Shown here one piece after another: positions 49,067-58,762 of a stretch of DNA of 64,000 nt (positions are counted from its first letter, which is position 1; every line of letters starts with the position of its first letter). A program made the position numbers and the translations under genes. This DNA comes from Fimbriimonadia bacterium (GTDB lineage Bacteria; Armatimonadota; Fimbriimonadia; Fimbriimonadales; JABRVX01). Below the pieces are notes generated by a model. The model was not told the origin of the DNA. It saw only the letters and a program-made list of their open reading frames with translations, and did no database searches. The stretch is taken from the NCBI GenBank assembly GCA_041483895.1, contig JBGPGO010000010.1:103069-167068 (forward strand), in the 5' to 3' direction.

Positions 49067-49807
49067 TTGCCCGAGCAAGCTGCGGCGAACAGCGAGGAAT
49101 TTCATGGCCTTTGGTGGACCCACATGGTGTGGGGTTGGGCCGTATTTGCCTCAATCATCCTCGTAGCCGGATTTGTCGTCAGCCGGGGGAAGCGGGAGAG
49201 AGTTCCGCGCGGTCTTGCCTTTCGCATCGCCGAGCACATCTATCTCTATGTTGAGAACATGTGCCTGAGCATCATCGGTCCTCAGGGCGAAAAGTACATC
49301 CCGTTCGTAGGCACGCTGTTCATCTTTACGTTGTTTTCAAACCTCGTCGGCCTGCTCGGTTTCCCCGCGCCGACATCCAGCCTGAACATAACCCTCGCCC
49401 AAGCCCTTATCGTCTTTTGTTACGTGCAATTTGAGGCCATTCGGGTGAACGGACCCTTCGGCTATCTTAAGCATTTTTGGGGACCGGTCCTATTTATCGG
49501 GCCCTTAATGTTCCTGATTGAAGTGGTGAGCGAGTTCGCGAAGATCATCTCACTGTCCTTGCGTCTCTACGGCAACATGTTCGGCGAGCACGAGGTTACG
49601 AACACCTTCGCAAACCTGGTCCACTGGCCGGACCGGATGCCACTGATTGGCGGATTGCCCGTTCCGGTCCACGCGCCGCTGATCCTGCTCGGAATTTTCA
49701 CCTGTCTCATCCAGGCGCTGGTATTCGCCATCTTGCCAACGATTTATCTTGCGCTCATGATTTCTCACGAAGACCAAGAGGAAGTTCATGTGGCGCACGC
49801 ACACTAG
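49067..49807 (+). CDS. atpB: ATP synthase F0 subunit a
   Basis: SLSLRLYGNMFGEH, IQALVFAIL; TTG after GGAGGAG. Confidence 0.95.
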   Translation: MPEQAAANSEEFHGLWWTHMVWGWAVFASIILVAGFVVSRGKRERVPRGLAFRIAEHIYLYVENMCLSIIGPQGEKYIPFVGTLFIFTLFSNLVGLLGFPAPTSSLNITLAQALIVFCYVQFEAIRVNGPFGYLKHFWGPVLFIGPLMFLIEVVSEFAKIISLSLRLYGNMFGEHEVTNTFANLVHWPDRMPLIGGLPVPVHAPLILLGIFTCLIQALVFAILPTIYLALMISHEDQEEVHVAHAH

Positions 49808-49832
49808 AACAGTCTAAGGAGGGCACAACAAC

Positions 49833-50147
49833 GTGCTTGCATTTTACGGAATAGCATTAGCCATCGGACTCGGCATTGGACTTGCGGTTCTCGGCGGCGG
49901 CATCGGACAGGGTCTGGCCGCCAACGGCGCCATGAACGGTATGGCCCGCCAGCCGGAATTGGCCGGAAAGATCCAGGTCGGTATGATCATCGCGCTCGCA
50001 TTTGTCGAGTCGCTCATTCTTTTCACCTTGCTTATCGCGTTCCAGCTTCTGAGCAAGCTGCCGGACAAGGACAAGCTGATGGAAGCCGAGAAGAGCGCCT
50101 ATACTTCGCCCGCGCCGGATACCGTTCCCAGCCACTACGAGGCGTAG
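49833..50147 (+). CDS. atpE: ATP synthase F0 subunit c
   Basis: GxGxG helix, ARQPE loop, AFVES. Confidence 0.95.
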   Translation: MLAFYGIALAIGLGIGLAVLGGGIGQGLAANGAMNGMARQPELAGKIQVGMIIALAFVESLILFTLLIAFQLLSKLPDKDKLMEAEKSAYTSPAPDTVPSHYEA

Positions 50148-50171
50148 TCCCCCAGGTACAGGAGTTTCATC

Positions 50172-50708
50172 ATGGGATTTTGGAATTGGCTTGAAGAGGT
50201 CAGCCAGGCGGGTCTATTGCATGACCTGAACATCGATCTGCGTGCCGTGGCGCTTCAGATCGTCGTGATCATCATCATGTTCAAGGCCATCAAGATGATC
50301 TACTTCAAGCCGCTCAAAGAAGCGTTGGACGGGCGTACGAAGTACATCGAAGACACGTACGCCTCCGCCGACAATCTGAAGGCCGAAATGGAGACGCTCC
50401 GGACCGAATATCAGGAGAAGCTCTCGGCCGCCGAGGCCGAATCTCGCGAAAAGATACAAGCGGCGATCGGCGAGGCGCAGTCGCTCAAGGACAAGTTGGT
50501 GGGCGAGGCGCGCAAGCAGGCCGACGACATCAAGCAGCGCGCGACCGCCGACATGAACATGGAACGGGAGCGGATGATGGTCGAGCTTCGCACCCGCGTG
50601 GTGGACCTGGCTCTAACCGCCGCGGAAAAGGTAACGCGGGAGACGATGACCGACGATCGGCATCGCAAGCTGGTCGCGGCGTTCGTCGAGGAGTCGGGGG
50701 CGGCATAA
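50172..50708 (+). CDS. atpF: ATP synthase F0 subunit b
   Basis: TM + FKPL...L..R + coiled coil; operon order. Confidence 0.92.
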   Translation: MGFWNWLEEVSQAGLLHDLNIDLRAVALQIVVIIIMFKAIKMIYFKPLKEALDGRTKYIEDTYASADNLKAEMETLRTEYQEKLSAAEAESREKIQAAIGEAQSLKDKLVGEARKQADDIKQRATADMNMERERMMVELRTRVVDLALTAAEKVTRETMTDDRHRKLVAAFVEESGAA

Positions 50709-50711
50709 GGC

Positions 50712-51257
50712 ATGGAACATCGCGTCGCCAAACGATACGCGCGGGCGCTCTTCCAGGCGTCGCTTGCCGCCGGGCAGTTGGAAGCCGTCTCGTCGGACCT
50801 CATCTCGCTCAAGGACCTATTTGAGAACAATCCGTCGTTTCGCGACATGCTGCTGACTCCGCTCGGCGAATATCTGGATAAGATCGAATCTCTCAACAAG
50901 CTGGCAGGCCGGGTATCGCCGGTGACCACCGATTTTCTGAGGCTGGTTGTGGAGAAGAATCGGCAGGACAATCTCTCTTACATCCAGCAGGATTTCGAAG
51001 AGATGAAGCGGGCGCACGAGGGAGTGGCGGAGGCTCATATCTTCTCCGCGGTGTCGCTCGACGAAAAGCAGCGCGCCGCCCTCATCGCGGAACTGGAAAA
51101 GCGGACCGGTCTGCGCATCGAGCCGCACTTCGAGGTGGATGCCAACCTTATCGGCGGCGTCCGCGTCATCGTCGGCGACACGCTGATGGAGGGATCGATA
51201 ACTGGTCAACTGAAGGCGATGCGGGAGCGGATGTACCGAGAGCTCGTCCAGTCCTGA
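50712..51257 (+). CDS. atpH: ATP synthase F1 subunit delta
   Basis: VAKRYARALF, VDANLIGGV..VGD. Confidence 0.93.
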   Translation: MEHRVAKRYARALFQASLAAGQLEAVSSDLISLKDLFENNPSFRDMLLTPLGEYLDKIESLNKLAGRVSPVTTDFLRLVVEKNRQDNLSYIQQDFEEMKRAHEGVAEAHIFSAVSLDEKQRAALIAELEKRTGLRIEPHFEVDANLIGGVRVIVGDTLMEGSITGQLKAMRERMYRELVQS

Positions 51258-51259
51258 CG

Positions 51260-51817
51260 ATGGACGTTCTCGCCGAACTGCAACGCGCCGGCGCGGTCCT
51301 GCAGGGGCACTTTCAGCTTTCTTCCGGCCGTCACAGCGATACCTACTTCGAAAAATTCCATCTGCTTTACGACCCCGAAGTGTTGTCCGCCCTCTGCCAC
51401 CAGTTATCGGAGCCTTTCCAGTCGTCGGGAGTCGAGTTCGTCGTCGGCCCGACGTTGGGCGGGGCGATTGTCGCCTACGAAATGTCCCGGCAGCTGGGGG
51501 CGAAGGTCCGATATCTGGAACGAGAAGGCGGCGTGCGGCTTTTTCGCCGAGGCGCGGTTCCTGATGGAGCGAAGACCCTCCTTGTTGATGACGTGCTGAC
51601 GACTGGCCTATCCCTGCGCGAGTGCCTGCCTGCGCTTTCCCATGTTGCGCTCGTTGGTATCGGCGTGCTTCTTTCGCGCATGTCCGATCCCGGTGAATGG
51701 CCCGCGCCGTTCCATGCCCTGCACAGCATGGATGTCGAAAGTTGGGCGCCGTCCGAGTGCCCCCTCTGCCGCGCCGGCGAACCGCTCTCCCACCGCGGAA
51801 GTCGTTATCTGCCGTAG
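51260..51817 (+). CDS. pyrE: Orotate phosphoribosyltransferase
   Basis: GHFQLSSGRHSDTY, LVDDVLTTGLS. Confidence 0.93.
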   Translation: MDVLAELQRAGAVLQGHFQLSSGRHSDTYFEKFHLLYDPEVLSALCHQLSEPFQSSGVEFVVGPTLGGAIVAYEMSRQLGAKVRYLEREGGVRLFRRGAVPDGAKTLLVDDVLTTGLSLRECLPALSHVALVGIGVLLSRMSDPGEWPAPFHALHSMDVESWAPSECPLCRAGEPLSHRGSRYLP

Positions 51818-51915
51818 ACGCGGGCCGTCTTGCCGAAACCTCTGCAATTGCCGGCAACCATGGCCCGCGTTCGTCCGCCGACCACCGAGGCCACAATTTC
51901 GGGCCATACTAACGT

Positions 51916-53322
51916 ATGCGGTTTGCGGGAATTGACGTCGGGACGAGCGGGGCGCGGGTCGCCATCGTTGACGGCGAAGACGGAACCATTCGCGAGGCCT
52001 CCCGCCCGTTCGATGCCGTGGTTCCGGGTATGCCGCCCGGGTTCTCGGAGCAGGATGCATCCCTCTGGTGGCCCGCTGTGGTGGAGTGCTTTCGAGAGCT
52101 GGCGCCGTTGGGCGAGATCGAGGCGGTTTCGGCCACTTCCACTTCTGGGACTTTTCTATTCGTTGAGGAACATCTCGCGCCGATAACCAACGCCATCATG
52201 TATGGCGACTCGCGCGCAGCGGAGCAGGCGCGGCGACTGGAACCATTCTCCGCCCGGCATCGGGACCGGCTCGGGTACGGATTTCCAGCCACCTTTGCCC
52301 TGCCAAAACTCCTCTGGATGCTCGACCATCATCCGGAAATATGCGCGCGCGTCTGCTTCGTCCATGCGGGCGACTATCTGCTGAGCCGGCTTTTGGGCGA
52401 ACGTGCCCCGTCCGACACGAGCACCGCGCTAAAGACCGGGTACGACACCCTCGATAGCCGCTGGCCCGCCTGGTTGCCAGAGGCGGGAGTGAATCCGGCG
52501 ATGCTCCCAAGCGTCGGCAAATCGGGGGATTTCGTTGGAGCCGTTTGCGAAGGCGCGGCACAAGAGACGGGATTGTCGCCAAGCACACGCGTTTGCCTGG
52601 GCGCCACCGATGGCGTGGCGACGATGATCGCCGCCGGCGCCGCCAAGATCGGCGACTGGGCCTCCATCTTGGGTACCACCCTCGTCATCCGCGGCATCTC
52701 CACCCAACCCGTCAATGATCCGCAGGGCAGGGTGTACGCCCATCGGCATCCCGCGGGGCTATGGCTGCCGGGCGGAGCTTCGAACGTCGGCGGGGAGTGC
52801 CTCGCCCGCTGGTTTCCGGACGCCGATCTTATGAGTATGGACCGGCAAGCCGCCGCTATCTTTCCATGCCCCATCATCGCCTACCCTCTGGCGCGTGCCG
52901 GGGAGCGGCTCCCGTTTGCCGACGTGGCCGCGCAAGGGTTCTTTGCGCCCGAACCAGGCTCCGATCGGGAGCGATATGCCGCCTGCCTGCAAGGCGTGGC
53001 GATGGTGGAGCGATGGTGCTTCGAGCTGATGGGTTCGCTCGGCGCTCCGGTTGGACCGACGGTATTTGCCGGCGGCTCGGCAGCCAAGAGTGATGTCTGG
53101 ACGCAGCTCCGCGCGGATGTCACGGGCAGGACCTACCGTGTTGCCTCACACGCCAGCGGGGCTGTCGGCGCTGCCATCCTCGCCGCGTCCCACTTTCTTG
53201 GAGGGTTGGAAGCGGCAACCGAACGGGTCGTGCCCTTCGAAAAGCAGTTCGAGCCTCGCACCAATTACGATGGATTGTACGCCCAGTTCCGAGAGCAGTG
53301 CGCCGCGCGGGGATATTTATGA
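51916..53322 (+). CDS. FGGY-family carbohydrate kinase
   Basis: GIDVGTSG, GATDG, LGTTLV, GGASNVGG. Confidence 0.9.
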   Translation: MRFAGIDVGTSGARVAIVDGEDGTIREASRPFDAVVPGMPPGFSEQDASLWWPAVVECFRELAPLGEIEAVSATSTSGTFLFVEEHLAPITNAIMYGDSRAAEQARRLEPFSARHRDRLGYGFPATFALPKLLWMLDHHPEICARVCFVHAGDYLLSRLLGERAPSDTSTALKTGYDTLDSRWPAWLPEAGVNPAMLPSVGKSGDFVGAVCEGAAQETGLSPSTRVCLGATDGVATMIAAGAAKIGDWASILGTTLVIRGISTQPVNDPQGRVYAHRHPAGLWLPGGASNVGGECLARWFPDADLMSMDRQAAAIFPCPIIAYPLARAGERLPFADVAAQGFFAPEPGSDRERYAACLQGVAMVERWCFELMGSLGAPVGPTVFAGGSAAKSDVWTQLRADVTGRTYRVASHASGAVGAAILAASHFLGGLEAATERVVPFEKQFEPRTNYDGLYAQFREQCAARGYL

Positions 53323-54674
53323 GCGCATTCAAAGAGTGCGACATTCGAGGCATTTACGCGACCGAGGTGGATGAAAAGCTGGCGCGCCGCATCGGCCGGG
53401 CCATGGCCGAGATGGCAGCGACGGGCGAACTTTGCGTGGGTGGGGACGTGCGCGTCAGCACGCCAGCTCTCAAATCCGCGCTCATCGAAGGGATGGTCGC
53501 GGGTGGGCGAAATGTCGTGGATTTCGGCATACTTCCAACGCCGGCCTACTATCACGCGCTGGCAGATAATCCCGGCTTGATGGTGACGGCCTCGCACAAT
53601 CCAGCGGAATTCAACGGATTCAAACCCCGGTTGGGTGCGATGCCGGTGACGCCCGAAGAGATCCGCGAGATCGAACGACTCTGCCGCATGGACTTGCCGG
53701 ATCGCCCGCCGGGGACCGTCGCGCGTCGGGAGGCAATCGAACCGTACCTATCCGATCGAATGGCGCGATTCGAGCGGTTGCCTCCGGCTGCCATCGTGAT
53801 CGATTGCGGGAACGGCTCGTTCTCGACGATTGCTCCGGCTTTTTTCCGCCGCCTCGGCTGTTCGGTGACAGAGCTATTCTGCGAGCCGGACGGACGATTT
53901 CCCAACCGTGAACCGAATCCCGCCGATCCAAACCAGCTGACGGCCCTGAAGCGCACAGTGGTTGACAGTGGCGTGGACCTCGGCATCGCCTTCGACGGGG
54001 ACGGAGATCGTGTTGCGTTCGTGTCGAAAAGCGGCAAATATGTTCCCGCCGATTCCCTCATTGCCCTCCTCGCCAGGGAGATGCTGCGGGACCATCCGGG
54101 CGCGGCCGTCATCTATGATCTGAAGTGTTCCTCGGTCGTCCGCGACGTTGTCGAGCAGTACGGTGGTATGCCCCTGATGGAGCGCTCCGGACACACGTTT
54201 ATTAGGGCGCGGATGATAAGGGAGAACGCGATCTTCGGCGGCGAAGTGAGCGGGCACTATTTCTATGAAGAATTGCGCGGCGGTGACGACGGGCTGTTTA
54301 CGGCGGCTCTTGTGATTAAAATGCTAAATCGCTGGGGCGATCTGGATGCCGCTATCGGCCGACTGCCCCGGTACGTGATCCTCCCGGACATTCGCCTCCC
54401 ATACTCAGAGGATCGCGATGCCGTTATCCAGGCCATACGCGCCGGACTACGAGGGGCCGAGTTGAGCGAGCTGGACGGAGTTCGCGCGCAGTGGCCGGAT
54501 GCGTGGGGCCTCGCCCGCCCATCCGTTACTGAGGAAAAGATCACATTCCGATTCGAGGGAATGACGACAGAAGCACTCTTGCGCGCGGTAAGCACTTTCG
54601 CGGAGTTGGTCCCAGCAGAATTAGGTGATCGGTTGCGCGAGGCAGTCGCCTATTCGATCGGGTCGCTAGGCTGA
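53319..54674 (+). CDS. Phosphomannomutase/phosphoglucomutase
   Basis: DIRG, TASHNP, FDGDGDR, GEVSGH; ATGA-coupled. Confidence 0.93.
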   Translation: MSAFKECDIRGIYATEVDEKLARRIGRAMAEMAATGELCVGGDVRVSTPALKSALIEGMVAGGRNVVDFGILPTPAYYHALADNPGLMVTASHNPAEFNGFKPRLGAMPVTPEEIREIERLCRMDLPDRPPGTVARREAIEPYLSDRMARFERLPPAAIVIDCGNGSFSTIAPAFFRRLGCSVTELFCEPDGRFPNREPNPADPNQLTALKRTVVDSGVDLGIAFDGDGDRVAFVSKSGKYVPADSLIALLAREMLRDHPGAAVIYDLKCSSVVRDVVEQYGGMPLMERSGHTFIRARMIRENAIFGGEVSGHYFYEELRGGDDGLFTAALVIKMLNRWGDLDAAIGRLPRYVILPDIRLPYSEDRDAVIQAIRAGLRGAELSELDGVRAQWPDAWGLARPSVTEEKITFRFEGMTTEALLRAVSTFAELVPAELGDRLREAVAYSIGSLG

Positions 54675-55081
54675 ACGTCTTTCGGCTTGTCGCCATCCGG
54701 CGGCTTCTTCGTGTCGGGCGTCGTCGTCTGATCCCCGCCCGGCTCATCGGTCACAGGCGGCGAATCATCAATGGTGATCTCGTCCGGGTTCTCCGTTTTC
54801 TTGCCGCCCTTCCGCACTGTACTTCGTTCGGTCCGCACCGGAGCGCCGCTCATCCCCTCCGGCAGCTTTATCCCCTCCAGCCAGGCATCGGCCCGCTCTG
54901 GGGTCGCCGGTCTGTCCGTCTCCGCCGCCGGCGGAATGACCACCTTTTCCACTTTGGGCGATAGGAAGGGACCGACGGCGAACATCCCCAAGCCGAAAAG
55001 TCCAATGGGCGCGGCTATCCACAGGCCCAACGTGCCCAGGATTACAGCTAGAATTGACGGCCTTCCGTCGCGACGTTTCAC
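54650..55081 (-). CDS. Hypothetical membrane-anchored protein
   Basis: TM helix then Pro/acidic tail; TACATT 6 nt before GTG 55081. Confidence 0.55.
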   Translation of the reverse strand: MKRRDGRPSILAVILGTLGLWIAAPIGLFGLGMFAVGPFLSPKVEKVVIPPAAETDRPATPERADAWLEGIKLPEGMSGAPVRTERSTVRKGGKKTENPDEITIDDSPPVTDEPGGDQTTTPDTKKPPDGDKPKDVQPSDPIE

Positions 55082-55170
55082 AACCTTAATGTACGTTTTC
55101 AATCGGCATTGAGTCAACCGTGCGGGCGATAACCTGGTCTCTTTGCCTCGCCCGGCTATAATTCGGGGCA

Positions 55171-55512
55171 ATGGGTGGCGCAAGAATCCTGCTGGCTGAA
55201 GACAATCTGATGTTCTCCGCAAAAATGCGGTCGATGCTGGTCGCCGCCGGGCTTATCGTGGACCTGATGGATTCGTCTCCGTCATTCGAAACGTATCGGC
55301 TGGTTGTGTTGAATCTTGGGGCAAAGCGCTTTTCCCCCGAAGAGGTGGCTCGCGCCGCCAAGGATGCCGGCTGCCTGGTGCTCGGCCATGCCGGCGGGCG
55401 CGAGGCCGAGCTGTGGCGGTTTGGCCGCGCCATTGGCTGCGACCGCATCATCAAGAACTCGGTGGCGTTGGCGGATATCGTGTCGGCGGCGACAGAACTA
55501 TGTTCCGAATAA
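55171..55512 (+). CDS. Atypical receiver-domain-like small protein
   Basis: RILLAEDNLM start; TATAAT 8 nt upstream. Confidence 0.6.
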   Translation: MGGARILLAEDNLMFSAKMRSMLVAAGLIVDLMDSSPSFETYRLVVLNLGAKRFSPEEVARAAKDAGCLVLGHAGGREAELWRFGRAIGCDRIIKNSVALADIVSAATELCSE

Positions 55513-55973
55513 AGACCACCGGTCCGGAGGAGACGATTGCGCTCGGCGCGTGCCTTGCCCGCCACGTGCGCGTTGGGGATGTGCTGCTTTTGGAAGGGCC
55601 GCTCGGCGTAGGGAAGACGACGTTCGTCCGGGGGCTGGCGCGGGCGCTCGGCGTCACCGGGGCGATCCGCAGTCCGACGTACAATCTGGTCCACGAATAT
55701 CCCACGCAGCCGCCGCTGGCCCACACGGACCTGTATCGCCTCTCTACCGCCGACGAGGTGGCGACGCTAGGATTGGATGACCTGTTTTCCCGCTCGGTTG
55801 TGGTGCTGGAGTGGCCGGAGCGCGCGCCGGATCTGCTGCCGGTGGACGCGGTACGGATCCGATTTGAATTTGCCGACGGCGATTCGCGTGCAATCGAGAT
55901 CGAGGCGGGCGGGCCCACGGCGACGGGGTTCTTGCAGGAATTGGAGGATGACCTTGCGGCTTTTGATGTTTGA
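55500..55973 (+). CDS. tsaE: tRNA t6A biosynthesis ATPase
   Basis: GPLGVGKTT, SPTY, HTDLYRL, LEWPE. Confidence 0.95.
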   Translation: MFRIKTTGPEETIALGACLARHVRVGDVLLLEGPLGVGKTTFVRGLARALGVTGAIRSPTYNLVHEYPTQPPLAHTDLYRLSTADEVATLGLDDLFSRSVVVLEWPERAPDLLPVDAVRIRFEFADGDSRAIEIEAGGPTATGFLQELEDDLAAFDV

Positions 55974-56619
55974 GTCTTGCGGCCCACGATGCAGCGTCGC
56001 GGTTGCCGATGAGAACGGTCCGCTGCTGGACTGGACTTCCGATCTGGGCAACGCCGTGGCGGGGCCGATGCTCGATGCGGCAAAGAGCCTGCTGGTGGCG
56101 GTGGACTGGACCATGGACGACATTGACGTGTTCGGCGCGTGCCTGGGTCCGGGTTCGTTTACCGGCATCAAGATCGCTGTCACGCTGGCGAAGACGATGG
56201 CGCATGCTTTGGACAGGCCGGTCGTCGGCGTCGGGGCGCTGGAGGCCCTTGCGGCGGAGGTCCGAACGACCGATCGCGTGGTTGCGTTCGTGCCGTCGCG
56301 GCGCGGATGGGTGTTTATGCAGCGTTTCCAGGGGAGCACACCGCTGGACGAAGGGCGCGCCTTGCCGATCGAGGAGGTGCCGAACGAGCTGCTTGCATGG
56401 GCGACGGAACCGGCCCTGATCGCCGGTCCGGTCGAATTCGACAACCTGCCTCCAAACTTCTCGCATGCGGTCTATCAATATCCATCGGCGTCCATCGCCG
56501 CGCGGCTGGCCGTCCAAAGGGTTCGCGATGGAAAGACGATGAGCCCGATGGAATTGGCCCCGATCTACCTCGCCGCGCCATCAGTGACCAAGCCGAAGAG
56601 GCAATTCGGGCCGGGGTAA
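55948..56619 (+). CDS. tsaB: tRNA t6A biosynthesis protein
   Basis: GPGSFTGIKI, follows tsaE; GGAGG before ATG 55948. Confidence 0.9.
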   Translation: MTLRLLMFESCGPRCSVAVADENGPLLDWTSDLGNAVAGPMLDAAKSLLVAVDWTMDDIDVFGACLGPGSFTGIKIAVTLAKTMAHALDRPVVGVGALEALAAEVRTTDRVVAFVPSRRGWVFMQRFQGSTPLDEGRALPIEEVPNELLAWATEPALIAGPVEFDNLPPNFSHAVYQYPSASIAARLAVQRVRDGKTMSPMELAPIYLAAPSVTKPKRQFGPG

Positions 56620-56630
56620 AATCGTTGCTG

Positions 56631-56898
56631 GTGTTGGGGTCTAGGGTATCGGCGATTGGTAGGAAATGGCAGGCGAGAACCCCAACATATCGGGTAGTTC
56701 GTGTTGGGGTCTACGGTATCGGCGATTGGTGGGAACTGCCAGGCGAGAACCCCAACACATCGGGTTTCTGGTGTTGGGGTCTAGGGTATCGGCGATTGAT
56801 AGGAATTGGTAAGAGTGAACCCCAACACATCGGGTTTCTGGTGTTGGGGTCTAGGGTATCAGCGATTGGCAGGGATTGGCAGACGTGAACCCCAACAC
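56631..56898. repeat. Tandem array of four family B hairpin elements, 70-bp period
   Basis: GTGTTGGGGTCT at 56631, 56701, 56771 and 56841, each closed by GAACCCCAACA(C/T). Confidence 0.92.
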
Positions 56899-56924
56899 AT
56901 AGGTTAAGCTTTTTAGGAGGATTG

Positions 56925-57350
56925 ATGGCGGAATTGCAGCGGACTTTGATCTTGGTGAAGCCGGATGGGGTGGCCCGCGGCCTCGCTGGGGAAGTGCTTG
57001 GCCGGTTCGAGCGACGGGGAATGAGAATCGTGGCGCTGAAGCTGGTGAAACCCCAGCGGTCATTGGTCGAAGAGCATTATGCCGAGCATCGGGAGAAGCC
57101 CTTTTTCGGCGAACTGGTGGGTTTCCTGACGAGCGGCGCGGTGGTCGCGGTCTGCATCGAAGCTCCGGACGCCGTGAAGACCGTCCGCGCCATGATGGGA
57201 ACAACTAATCCGCTCGACAGCCCGCCCGGCACGATACGCGGCGATTTGGCCTTGGAACTGAGTCAGAACATCGTCCATGGCAGTTCCGATCCCGACGCCG
57301 CCGAGCGCGAGGTTAGGATTTGGTTTGCGCCGTCGGAGCTTCTGCCGTAG
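56925..57350 (+). CDS. ndk: Nucleoside diphosphate kinase
   Basis: TLILVKPDGV, GTIRGD, NIVHGS; AGGAGG RBS. Confidence 0.96.
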   Translation: MAELQRTLILVKPDGVARGLAGEVLGRFERRGMRIVALKLVKPQRSLVEEHYAEHREKPFFGELVGFLTSGAVVAVCIEAPDAVKTVRAMMGTTNPLDSPPGTIRGDLALELSQNIVHGSSDPDAAEREVRIWFAPSELLP

Positions 57351-58299
57351 GCCGCCTTATTCCATAGATAAACCCAAGCAGCACCGCCATAGATAGGGCG
57401 GCAAAACCGATCTTCACGCTATTCGGCAACTGCGAATGGGAGAAAAAGGCCTCGACTACCGCTGCCTGAATCAGCAGCACCATCGCGACCGCCAACAGCC
57501 AGAATCCCTCTTTGCCGTTTTCCCGCAGTGCATCGATTCGAGACAGTTCACCTGGCGCGATCAACGCGTGCGCAAGCATAAAAGCCCCGCCGCCGGAGAA
57601 GAAGATCGCGCTCAGTTCCGGGACGCCATGCCCGGCGATCCCGGCAAAAAAGTGCATTCCCTGACCGACGGACGCCAATTCCACGCCGAAAACGCCAAGC
57701 ATGAGGCCGTTGTTGAAGAGCAGATACGCCGGCAGCAGACCCCATGTGATGCCGGACGTGAACAAAATGATGCAGACCTTGGTGTTGTTGATATTGAGAA
57801 ATGCCCCGAACGCGAATGATTCTATCCCGCCGGGAGTCTCAAATCGGCCGGTCTTCCAGTGCTCGAGCGCCCCTTCGAACCCTGGCGGCGTCAGAGTCGC
57901 GACCCAGCTGCGATCCATAGCCACCAGCGCCGCGCCGCACAGAGCCCCGATCAGGAAGATGCCGATGGCAAACAGCACGTACGGCATCCGGCGGCGCAGG
58001 ACCTCGGGCCCAGTATAGAACAGCTCCACCAGCCCCTCTTGGAAGCTGCGATTCGGAGCCGCGTAAAGCAGGCCGTGGCCGCGCGCGACAAGGTCGTTGA
58101 GATAGTCTTCCACGCCTTCGTCCACGCGGTGGCTGCGGCTGTACGCGAGATCGCCGGCGACCCGAAGATACAGGACCCGGATTTCGGCAAGCTCGCTGTA
58201 CCGCATCTTGCCAAGATCGCCGGAACCGGCTCGATTCAAAAGCTCCTCAAGCCGGTCCCAATCCTCTTTACGCCGGATAGCTACATCGGATGGCGACAC
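57313..58299 (-). CDS. SpoIIM/DUF95-family membrane protein
   Basis: DLAYSR..YLNDLV, NNTKV, NGLMLG, HGVPEL, AVVEAF. Confidence 0.85.
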   Translation of the reverse strand: MSPSDVAIRRKEDWDRLEELLNRAGSGDLGKMRYSELAEIRVLYLRVAGDLAYSRSHRVDEGVEDYLNDLVARGHGLLYAAPNRSFQEGLVELFYTGPEVLRRRMPYVLFAIGIFLIGALCGAALVAMDRSWVATLTPPGFEGALEHWKTGRFETPGGIESFAFGAFLNINNTKVCIILFTSGITWGLLPAYLLFNNGLMLGVFGVELASVGQGMHFFAGIAGHGVPELSAIFFSGGGAFMLAHALIAPGELSRIDALRENGKEGFWLLAVAMVLLIQAAVVEAFFSHSQLPNSVKIGFAALSMAVLLGFIYGIRRPTAEAPTAQTKS

Positions 58300-58314
58300 A
58301 ACGCTATTGTATCG

Positions 58315-58674
58315 CTAACCGCTGTGCTCCATCATTTTGAAAATCCAGACTCTGTTGCCGGCCGGATCTTTGAAGCAGGCCGCGCGTCCGCCCCAGTCCA
58401 TCGTATCCGGGTCCTGAACCACGTCCGCGCCCCTTGCCTTGATCGTGGCGAAGTCCGCGTCAACATCGTCGGTCTCAAAATAGAGCTGCATTGCGCCCGT
58501 CGGCGGGCTGGGGTTCATTTTCTCGAAGCCCAGATAGTGGTTGCCGTGCATCAGCCCGTAGTGATCGCCATCGGCCTCAGCCGGCTTGGTCCCAAGAAAC
58601 TTCACGGCGTACCAGTTGGCAAGCTCACCCGGATCGGCGGCGCAGAAGATGACCGCTCCGATATTTCCTAACAT
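58315..58674 (-). CDS. VOC/glyoxalase-family protein
   Basis: LYFETDDVDA, WGGRAACFKDPAGN. Confidence 0.88.
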   Translation of the reverse strand: MLGNIGAVIFCAADPGELANWYAVKFLGTKPAEADGDHYGLMHGNHYLGFEKMNPSPPTGAMQLYFETDDVDADFATIKARGADVVQDPDTMDWGGRAACFKDPAGNRVWIFKMMEHSG

Positions 58675-58762
58675 TTAGCCCTCCCATAATAGCCCGGCAA
58701 CGTGCCCGGGGTAATTTCGAAAATGATATCAGATAAGTAGAGGTTTGTCAACCCCTATTTGT

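Noticed and set aside
49833..50147. Na+-specific ATP synthase c subunit
   Set aside because: It has Gln and the ES pair but lacks the Thr and Tyr of the ESTxxY Na+ signature (reads ESLILF); ion specificity cannot be called
56631..56898. Possible CRISPR array (regular 70-bp period)
   Set aside because: Interiors are homologous to each other rather than unique spacers, no cas genes are in the window, and solo copies with the same ends occur elsewhere
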